Assembly (NCBI GenBank): GCA_027623195.1
Contig: JAQBUT010000008.1
Coordinates: 31,015-95,014 of the forward strand
DNA: 64,000 nucleotides
Source of the DNA: Chloroflexota bacterium
Lineage (GTDB): Bacteria; Chloroflexota; Dehalococcoidia; Lucifugimonadales; JADFKI01
Direction: 5' to 3'
Below the pieces are notes generated by a model. The model ran no database searches, was not told the DNA's origin, and saw only the letters and a list, made by a program, of their open reading frames with translations. Shown here piece by piece: positions 56,953 to 64,000 of this stretch (within the stretch, counting starts at the first letter, position 1; every line of letters begins with the position of its first letter). The position numbers were made by a program, and so were the translations under genes.

Positions 56953-59150
56953 TCGTTGCGCCCGGAGGCGGCCTGCAAGAACGTCTCAACGTTAATGTCT
57001 TGCGTCAGGCCCGTCTGCAAAGAGTCCATAGCTCGGAATGTGGTGAGACTGGTGGCCACAAGGTCTTCAAAGGGTATCGGGGGAGCCCCATGCCCGCTCA
57101 CGGCATCGGCGAATGCCTTCCACTCTCCGAGGTGCCCCTTGTCTTGCCTAAGCCGAGACCTATGCACCTTTTTTCTGCCGTGCCCCATCAACTCCAACTT
57201 TCGGAAGTCATCTAGTACCGCGGACCTTCCCCCTCCGAAGACCTCTACGCGCTCCTTGGACATAGACGAGCTACCGTTGGCCGCATAAACGATGTTGCCT
57301 ACGGTGCCGTCCTGATACTCTATGACCAATGATAGATTGTCCTGACTGTAACGAACCCCATTAGGCAGTGCCGTGGCGTTAACCCTGATGGGCAATGAAC
57401 CCGACAGAAATCCCAGGAAATCGACGAAATGGCACACCTCCCCTACTACACGCCCACCGCCTATCTGGTCGTCCTGTGTCCAGTGGTCGCTGGGTATGTA
57501 GCCGGCATTCACTCGATAGGTAATCACAAGTGGCTCGACGACCTCCGAAAAGAAAGCGATTATCCTTTCGGCCATGGGGGCGAATCGTCGATTGAAGCCC
57601 ACGGCCAGCATCCGTGTGTTTTGGCCCGCGTACGCTTCTACAATCTCCCCAAGCTCGTCGATGTTCAGGGCCAGGGGCTTTTCGCAGAAGACGTGCTTTC
57701 TTGCGGCGATGGCGGCTATCACTTGACGGGCATGCAGGTTGTGCCTTGTGGCGATTACCACCGAATTGATCGACGCGTCGTCCATCAGTTCGCTCTCGTC
57801 CGTTGTGCAATAGTTGAAGGCGAACTTTTTTCCAGCCTGCCGCGCACTTAAACCAGTCGTAGTGCACACGCCGATCAGTTCCACATTGGGAGACTTTCTC
57901 ATTGATGGTATGAGTGTGGAGTTGGCGAAGACACCGGCCCCCAGCATACCTACTGTTACCTTGTCGACTGTTGCCGTTGCGATTGCCCGACCTTGTTTCA
58001 GGTCCAGCCTCCGTTCGACCGGGGATTCTCCATCGTAAGTGATGAGCACGGCCAAGGACGACACTCTGGATTCGGGTGACAGCAGGTCGTATGCCTTGGC
58101 AGCGTCCGCAATAGGGAACCTGTGGGTCACCAGCGGCGCTGTTTTGACCTCGCCCTGACCAATGAGGTCGACGAATGCCTGCATATTCCGGTTCTCTGTC
58201 CAGCGCACGTAGCCTGGCGGGTAGTCCCTGCCTTCAAGCTCGTACTGGGAGTCGTACCTGCCCGGCCCGTAGGAGCGCGACACTCGGAATTCCAGCTCCT
58301 TCTCGTAGTATAGACGTCGGGGTAGGTCCATGCCCACGTCTCCAATGGCGACAACGGACCCTCTATCTCTGGCCACTCGACCAGCTAAATCTACAGGACC
58401 GCTGTTGGGCGTGGCAGCGCAAATCAGAACCCTGTCCGCCCCTTGGACTTCCAGGTTGGCTAGGACGTATTCCTCCAGTTTGGCTCCTTCAGTGAAAACG
58501 GCTTCGCAGCCCAGGCCAAGAGCGATGCGTCCCCTTGCAGGGTCGGGGTCCACACCTAACACACGACAACCGGCCGATCGTGCCAACTGAGCGGCCATCT
58601 GTCCTACCAGACCCAGCCCGATGACAACCACGGTCTCACCTAGTTCGGCGTGGCTTAGACGGAAGCCGTGCATGGCGATAGAGCCCAGTGTTACAAACGC
58701 TCCATCCTCAAAGGCAACCGAGGTGGGCAATTTAACGACCAGGTTCTCCGGCACGCTAACGACCTCGGCGTGACTGGCATAGCCCGCGCCGGCGCATGCG
58801 ACACGGTCGCCCGGGTGGAATCGCTTGACCCCCTGCCCTACGCTAATAACATCCCCTGCCGATGAGTAACCCAGGGCTATCGGCTCCGCCAGTCGGCTTC
58901 TTGCGGCATCAAGGGCCGTCAGCAAACCGTCGCGCCGAGCCTTGTCTATGACCTGTTGCACAAGGTCGGGCCGGGACTTTGCCTTCTGAATCAGGCTCTT
59001 GTTTGCGAACTCCACGGCGGCTCGTTCTGTCCCGGCGGATACCAGGGACGCCGCAGTAGCAACCAGGACTTCGCCAGGTTTGGGAGCGGGTGCGGGTACC
59101 TCCACAACGGAGGCATCACCTTTGCTAAGCGGCTTGATTAGTTGTTTCAT
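56949..59150 (-). CDS. Bi-domain oxidoreductase (Zn-ADH-like plus Gfo/Idh/MocA) of polysaccharide loci
   Basis: SLVSAGTE, LGYS.AG, SYGPGRYD..YE..G.DYP..YVRWTENRN, EKP, GFNRRF, GE.CHF.D. Confidence 0.93.
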   Translation of the reverse strand: MKQLIKPLSKGDASVVEVPAPAPKPGEVLVATAASLVSAGTERAAVEFANKSLIQKAKSRPDLVQQVIDKARRDGLLTALDAARSRLAEPIALGYSSAGDVISVGQGVKRFHPGDRVACAGAGYASHAEVVSVPENLVVKLPTSVAFEDGAFVTLGSIAMHGFRLSHAELGETVVVIGLGLVGQMAAQLARSAGCRVLGVDPDPARGRIALGLGCEAVFTEGAKLEEYVLANLEVQGADRVLICAATPNSGPVDLAGRVARDRGSVVAIGDVGMDLPRRLYYEKELEFRVSRSYGPGRYDSQYELEGRDYPPGYVRWTENRNMQAFVDLIGQGEVKTAPLVTHRFPIADAAKAYDLLSPESRVSSLAVLITYDGESPVERRLDLKQGRAIATATVDKVTVGMLGAGVFANSTLIPSMRKSPNVELIGVCTTTGLSARQAGKKFAFNYCTTDESELMDDASINSVVIATRHNLHARQVIAAIAARKHVFCEKPLALNIDELGEIVEAYAGQNTRMLAVGFNRRFAPMAERIIAFFSEVVEPLVITYRVNAGYIPSDHWTQDDQIGGGRVVGEVCHFVDFLGFLSGSLPIRVNATALPNGVRYSQDNLSLVIEYQDGTVGNIVYAANGSSSMSKERVEVFGGGRSAVLDDFRKLELMGHGRKKVHRSRLRQDKGHLGEWKAFADAVSGHGAPPIPFEDLVATSLTTFRAMDSLQTGLTQDINVETFLQAASGRNE

Positions 59151-59221
59151 ATTCTTCGCTTAGAATTGTAACCTCGACCCGCACAAACTTCGCCTTCGCC
59201 AAACTGAATAGAGCAATTGAG

Positions 59222-61171
59222 TTAAAAATGGGATGCCAATCCGCCATATCGTGCTGCGCTGGCTTCTATGGGACTATCGAGGAATATACGGCACCACAGT
59301 TCCATGCAGAGTATGGCAAAGATTATGTATGCGGCGTCAACCCTGCCCTTCCGGTCCGAGTCTAGAAGTTCCCGAACAGCCCTGCCGTTGAACAGCCCCC
59401 GGTCGTTCAGAGAGCGCTCGGATAGAACATCGTCGGTCATTTCCCGCAGTTCGATGTGCAGCCATCTTCGCAGGGGTATGCCGAATCCGGTCTTGGGCCG
59501 GTATATGGCATCGCGAGGAAGCATCGGCTCCATTGCCTTCTTGAAAATGTACTTGCTCTCGCGTCCCTTCAGCTTCATGGACGGCGGGATGCGTATGGCG
59601 TAATCAACCAGGTCCAGGTCCAGCAGCGGCACCCGTATCTCCACACCCTCGGCCATGCCTGCCCTGTCCATGTAGTTCAGATTATGGTCGGGCAAAAAGT
59701 GTTTGCCTTCCAGGTACAGCATCTTGTTAAGGCGGTTGGGTTCTTTTCGGGCCACGTTCTCTAGAGTGGCTCTTAGAGGATCGGCCGCGTCAACGCCACT
59801 CAGGTTGTGGGCAATCTCGTCGCTGTAAAGGCCCTGGCGCATGGCTTCGCTGGACCAAAAGAAATACGATATGAGCCGATCTTCTGGAGGCAGACCGGCG
59901 TAAGCGAAGGCGCGCTTGAGTCTTCGCATCGCGGGATTGGCGCCCCTTGCCTGGTTAGCCACGCCTGAGATCCCTTGCCTGAGTATCGTCGGGAGCCATG
60001 CCCAAGACTTCTCGAACTTCAGCGCTAGATGACGCCGATAGCCGGAAAACAGGTCGTCGCCGCCTGATCCTGCCAACAATACCTTGATGCCATCGAGCCG
60101 GGCCTGGCGAGATATTAGCATTGAGTTTATGGGGGCAGGGTCTGCCTGCGGTTCATCCAAGTAATAGAGCATTCTTTCCAGGTTGCTAATCATGTCCGGG
60201 CCCACGATGATCGGGTGCAGGTCTAAGTCCAAGTGGTCCGCAACCTTGCGAGCGTAGGTCAGGTCTTGCGGCGCGCCGTCCATGTCCACGTCATCTGAAA
60301 AGCCAATCGTATAGCATTTGGGTCGAATGTCGGGTTGCGCGCGTTTCATCATGGCGACAACGGCGCTGGAGTCTAGACCTCCCGAGAACATGGCGCCTAT
60401 GGGAACGTCACTAACCATTTGGCGGCGCACGGCCCGCTCGAGGTGCCACCGCAGGCCTTCGGCGATCTCTTCTTCTCCGCCAGTCAACCTGGCACCGCCG
60501 TAAGGCAGGTCGTAGAAGCTCCACTGGCGTGTGATGCCTCCGTCTCTGACCAGTAGGGCGTTGCCCGGCGGCAGCTTCCTTACACTCTTCAGCATCGTTC
60601 CCGGCGACGGCGCCCAAAGGTACGTCATGTGGTGGTGGAGGGTCACAGGGTCGATCTCTTTGGAAACCTGCTCGCACGCCAGTAACGCCTTGAGTTCCGA
60701 AGAGAAGAGAAATCCTGCTGACGTCTCGCTGTAGTACAGGGGCTTCACGCCCAAACCATCCCGGGCCAGGAAAAGCTGATTCTTAGCCTCGTCCCAGATA
60801 GCAAAGGCGAATATGCCATTCAGCTTTGAAAGCATATCGAGACCGTGTTGCTCGTATAGATGCAGTAGTACCTCGGTGTCGGTCTGGCTATTGAACCGGT
60901 GACCGCCGGCGAACAGATCTTCGCGCAGGCTCTGGAAGTTGTATATCTCGCCGTTATACGCCACTTGCACAGTGCCGGATGAGTTGGCCATCGGCTGATG
61001 GCCGTCGCTGGACAGGTCGATGATTGAAAGCCGACAGTTGCCCAAACCTACGCCGGCCCGGGTATTAACCCACTCTCCGGCGTCGTCGGGTCCCCTGTGG
61101 GCAATAAGGCGGTTCATGCGTGATAGTAATGTGGGCTTGAAGCTGCCGGAATAACCTACGATGCCACACAT
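59222..61171 (-). CDS. Asparagine synthase (glutamine-hydrolysing)-like amidotransferase
   Basis: MCGI start, HRGPD, RLSIIDL, NGEIYN, RD..GVKPLY, SGGLDSS, G.GGD.LF.GY. Confidence 0.95.
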   Translation of the reverse strand: MCGIVGYSGSFKPTLLSRMNRLIAHRGPDDAGEWVNTRAGVGLGNCRLSIIDLSSDGHQPMANSSGTVQVAYNGEIYNFQSLREDLFAGGHRFNSQTDTEVLLHLYEQHGLDMLSKLNGIFAFAIWDEAKNQLFLARDGLGVKPLYYSETSAGFLFSSELKALLACEQVSKEIDPVTLHHHMTYLWAPSPGTMLKSVRKLPPGNALLVRDGGITRQWSFYDLPYGGARLTGGEEEIAEGLRWHLERAVRRQMVSDVPIGAMFSGGLDSSAVVAMMKRAQPDIRPKCYTIGFSDDVDMDGAPQDLTYARKVADHLDLDLHPIIVGPDMISNLERMLYYLDEPQADPAPINSMLISRQARLDGIKVLLAGSGGDDLFSGYRRHLALKFEKSWAWLPTILRQGISGVANQARGANPAMRRLKRAFAYAGLPPEDRLISYFFWSSEAMRQGLYSDEIAHNLSGVDAADPLRATLENVARKEPNRLNKMLYLEGKHFLPDHNLNYMDRAGMAEGVEIRVPLLDLDLVDYAIRIPPSMKLKGRESKYIFKKAMEPMLPRDAIYRPKTGFGIPLRRWLHIELREMTDDVLSERSLNDRGLFNGRAVRELLDSDRKGRVDAAYIIFAILCMELWCRIFLDSPIEASAARYGGLASHF

Positions 61172-61238
61172 GGTCCTATAGCCTCCCGCCGGCCTGGCCG
61201 GTATTCGTCGGCCTGAATCCAATCACAGAAGTAAGGGC

Positions 61239-62063
61239 TTACCCGGGCTTTCGCGCCGTCATCAGAATGTACAGACCGAATCGATGCCCCACCAAGCGCA
61301 CCAGCCAACGAGGGTACAGGTTCCATATGGCCGAATAAATAGCCCCCTGATACAGGCGGCTGGGTTTGATCTGAAGCAAATCCCCGGGCCCTAATTTCGT
61401 GTAGGTGTCTACGTTCTCGTAACCGGCGTCTATCAGGATGTCGGCCGCCTCTGACCGAGTGTAGACCTTTGTTCCAGGGCTTTCCAGGTGCTCATAGACG
61501 CATTGTTTGGCGCTCTTGAATGGCTTGAACTTTAGAAGCGCGTGTCGGAACCAGAGCATCCAGGCCGTCCAGGAGTGGGTGTGGTACACCATGGCCTTCA
61601 GCTCGCCTCCAGGCTTCAGAACACGAAATGCCTCGACGAACGCCTTTGGCGTATCGGGTGTGACGTGGAGTACGCCCCAGGAGTAAACGAGGTCAAAAGT
61701 CTCGTCCTCGAAAGGCAAATTCTCGGTGTCGGCCCTTTGCAAGTCGTATGCGCTCTTATTGAAGCCCATAGCATCCAGCCGTAGCGTGGTGTGGTTGATG
61801 GCGGCGTCCGTTAGGTCCACGCCCGACGCCTTCGCGCCATTACGCACGAACTGCGAGAAGTCGGTGCCTGCGCCCACGCCGATCTCCAGCGTGCGTTTGC
61901 CGGTGTACTTTTCGAACTGGGCAAAGGCAGGTATGTAAGGTTCCAGAAGGTAGCGCTGCTTCTCTATCTCCGTGTACAGCTCCAAGGCGTCGTCGCCCTC
62001 GCCGTAACGTACCCCACAAGTCTCGTCTTCCCAATGGGCACGTATTGTTTCTTTAGTAACCAT
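61239..62063 (-). CDS. Class I SAM-dependent methyltransferase
   Basis: LEIGVGAGTD, GVDLT, D.ENLPF....FDLVYSWGVLH, RVLKPGG. Confidence 0.93.
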   Translation of the reverse strand: MVTKETIRAHWEDETCGVRYGEGDDALELYTEIEKQRYLLEPYIPAFAQFEKYTGKRTLEIGVGAGTDFSQFVRNGAKASGVDLTDAAINHTTLRLDAMGFNKSAYDLQRADTENLPFEDETFDLVYSWGVLHVTPDTPKAFVEAFRVLKPGGELKAMVYHTHSWTAWMLWFRHALLKFKPFKSAKQCVYEHLESPGTKVYTRSEAADILIDAGYENVDTYTKLGPGDLLQIKPSRLYQGAIYSAIWNLYPRWLVRLVGHRFGLYILMTARKPG

Positions 62064-62208
62064 TAGCGTCTCCTCGCAATAGCCTGTCCCTACTAGGATA
62101 CACCGCCATCGCACTTGATAACCAAGGGCCAATCAAGGCCGACGGCGTTCGTCTTGTCTTGTGCTTATCGAGTTGCATTTTGATTCCGTTCTATGGGACC
62201 GGGTTGAC

Positions 62209-63432
62209 TTACGTTCGAACGAGTCCTCTGTCGTTTTCGGTGGCGTCCTTGTAGAGGTCAATCCACGCTCCGGCAATACTTTCCGCCGAGTAATTATCGG
62301 ATACCCGCTCCCGCGCCACACGGCCCATCTCGATGCGCTTGTCCGGATTCTGCGCCAGCCAATTAAGCCGGGTTGCCAGCATTTCCACGTCACCCACATC
62401 CATGAGGAATCCGTCTTTTTCGTCCTGGATTATGTCCGGTATGGCGCCCACTCGAGTCGCGATGGTCGGTATGCCCGCATCCATCGCTTCCAGAATGACA
62501 TTAGGGAAACCTTCAAGGTGGCTGGGCAGTACCAGTACATCACTATACATGTAAGCGGTCCTGGCCTCGTCTACCCCTACGCGGCCCCGGAGCTCCACCC
62601 TGTCGCCGATGCCCAGCGTGTTGATGAGGTAATTGGGCCATTCAGCGTACTGCGCGCCTGGCGGTTTTGGATGCAAGGGCCCGATTATGGTCAACGTCGC
62701 TGAATCTACTTGGGCCAAGGCTTTCAGCAGCTCGTCGACGCCCTTGGCAGGATTAACCCAGCCTACGAAAAGGACTCTAAGGCCGTTGCCCGGACCAGGC
62801 TTACGTGCCTGAGAGCTAAACGGGTGCAGGTCGATGCAGTTGGCGATGACCTTAACCCGACGGCAACCAAGGCCGGTGACCTCGTCTGCCACGGTCCTAG
62901 TTATGGGGACCACACACCAGCATATGCGAAGGCTAGCGCGTACCAGCGGTCTGAGCACCTTCGGTACGCCCCTGGAGAAGGCTTCAGCGTCACCGAACCT
63001 CAGGTTTAGCACTACCTTTCGCCGCAACAGACTGGCGACGAATATGTACACCATGTCTCGATAGTATCCGGAGAATCGGCTGTTATATCCCAGGTCACGG
63101 TAGTGGGTTGCAAATCCGCTGGTGGTGATATGCACTGCGTCGGGTCGGACCTTCAGGCAAATCCAGATTAGCTTTAGTAGAAGAGCGGCCGCCAAAAATA
63201 TTTTGCTCAACACCGGGGCCGTAAACCGACTGTGGTCCCCGCTTGGTGACGTATCTACATGGAAGAGGTGCACTTGCTTGATGGCATCCGTCGCAAGCAT
63301 GCGCTTCGTCCAGCTGGCAACACCGCCTTCCGGAGGAGGCAGGGGGCTCAGCAGGACGACCTTAGGCTGGTGCTTGCCCTTCGGAATTGAGGACGCTTCG
63401 TGTTCCATTTGGCTTGCCTGTTCTGCGGCCAT
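62209..63432 (-). CDS. Glycosyltransferase family 4
   Basis: PPP.GG, LFVG.....KG, LVLPSH.EGFPNVILEAM..G.P.IAT.VG. Confidence 0.92.
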   Translation of the reverse strand: MAAEQASQMEHEASSIPKGKHQPKVVLLSPLPPPEGGVASWTKRMLATDAIKQVHLFHVDTSPSGDHSRFTAPVLSKIFLAAALLLKLIWICLKVRPDAVHITTSGFATHYRDLGYNSRFSGYYRDMVYIFVASLLRRKVVLNLRFGDAEAFSRGVPKVLRPLVRASLRICWCVVPITRTVADEVTGLGCRRVKVIANCIDLHPFSSQARKPGPGNGLRVLFVGWVNPAKGVDELLKALAQVDSATLTIIGPLHPKPPGAQYAEWPNYLINTLGIGDRVELRGRVGVDEARTAYMYSDVLVLPSHLEGFPNVILEAMDAGIPTIATRVGAIPDIIQDEKDGFLMDVGDVEMLATRLNWLAQNPDKRIEMGRVARERVSDNYSAESIAGAWIDLYKDATENDRGLVRT

Positions 63433-63434
63433 GG

Positions 63435-64000
63435 TTAGATAGTCACGCCGAATCGCCGGCCCCAGGCGGCCAGTTGCATTAGCGCCCAAAGCTGATGGCT
63501 GATGCGAAAAACACTGGCATCCGCCATGTCGCGCTGTCTCGTCAGCGCCAGGCCCTTGGTCTTGTTGACCATTTCAACGGAAAGCAGGGATAGCGGCCCG
63601 TCGTTAGCGCCCAACAGGTCGTCGGCCATTTCGCGATATGCGTCGTTCTGGACCCGGTGCAGCGGTACGCTGAACCCACTTTTCGGATGGTCTAATACAA
63701 CCTGTGGGAGCCTGTCCGCCGCCAGCCTGCGCAGTATGTACTTGTTCTCTCCTCGCCGAATGAGATGTCTGTCGGGCAACGCCATCGCCACCTTCGCAAG
63801 ATCAACGTCCAGGAACGGCGCGCGCACTTCCAGCGAGCATGCCATACTCATGCGGTCGACCTTAACCAGCATGTCTTCCGGCAAGATTCGCCTGATCATG
63901 TAGTACATCAGGCACTTGAGAGGCGACCAATGTTCGGCGGCCTCGGGCAAGGCGGTAAGTCTGTCCGGCGGCGCACCGAGGTGCTCTCTGAGTTGGGAGT
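63435..64000 (-). CDS. Second asparagine-synthase-like amidotransferase, C-terminal part only (runs off the window)
   Basis: LPEDMLVKVDRMSMA.SLEVRAPFLD, KYILR, K.GF.VP. Confidence 0.9.
   Translation of the reverse strand, partial: SQLREHLGAPPDRLTALPEAAEHWSPLKCLMYYMIRRILPEDMLVKVDRMSMACSLEVRAPFLDVDLAKVAMALPDRHLIRRGENKYILRRLAADRLPQVVLDHPKSGFSVPLHRVQNDAYREMADDLLGANDGPLSLLSVEMVNKTKGLALTRQRDMADASVFRISHQLWALMQLAAWGRRFGVTI

Overview
Bacterial chromosomal window. Gene content and protein style point to Chloroflexota, class Dehalococcoidia (probably SAR202-like); this placement is inference. Housekeeping genes: 3' part of rpoC, tRNA-Val(GAC), tRNA-Asp(GTC), trxA, infA, an RpoD-type sigma factor, aspS, plsY, ymdB, rny, slyD, metF, ffh and hrcA. 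The main signal is a selenium-dependent redox neighbourhood at about 3-16 kb that the ORF track truncates. Three genes carry an in-frame TGA at a catalytic position, and each TGA is followed by a 7-8 bp hairpin with a GGN triloop (SECIS-like). They encode (i) a ferredoxin:thioredoxin reductase catalytic subunit with CHU in place of CHC, next to trxA, (ii) a GrdB-type selenoprotein with a non-canonical UGTSTRS motif, and (iii) GrdA (CFVU). The grd cluster (grdE-like, grdB, grdC, grdA, then a class IV aminotransferase) lacks grdD and trxB. Its GrdE-like subunit seems to lack the pyruvoyl-precursor Cys. Together this suggests an atypical, possibly ferredoxin-driven glycine/betaine-reductase-like system. 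Also present: a TAT-less reductive-dehalogenase-like protein, a DUF1800-DUF1501-NHL operon, a decayed glycine-betaine ABC locus (two amber stops and an SDR/ProW deletion fusion), an HTH-adenylate cyclase plus cNMP-domain pair, an acidic S-layer-like protein with a GGGC-CTERM neighbour, and a surface-glycan biosynthesis cluster that runs off the right edge.
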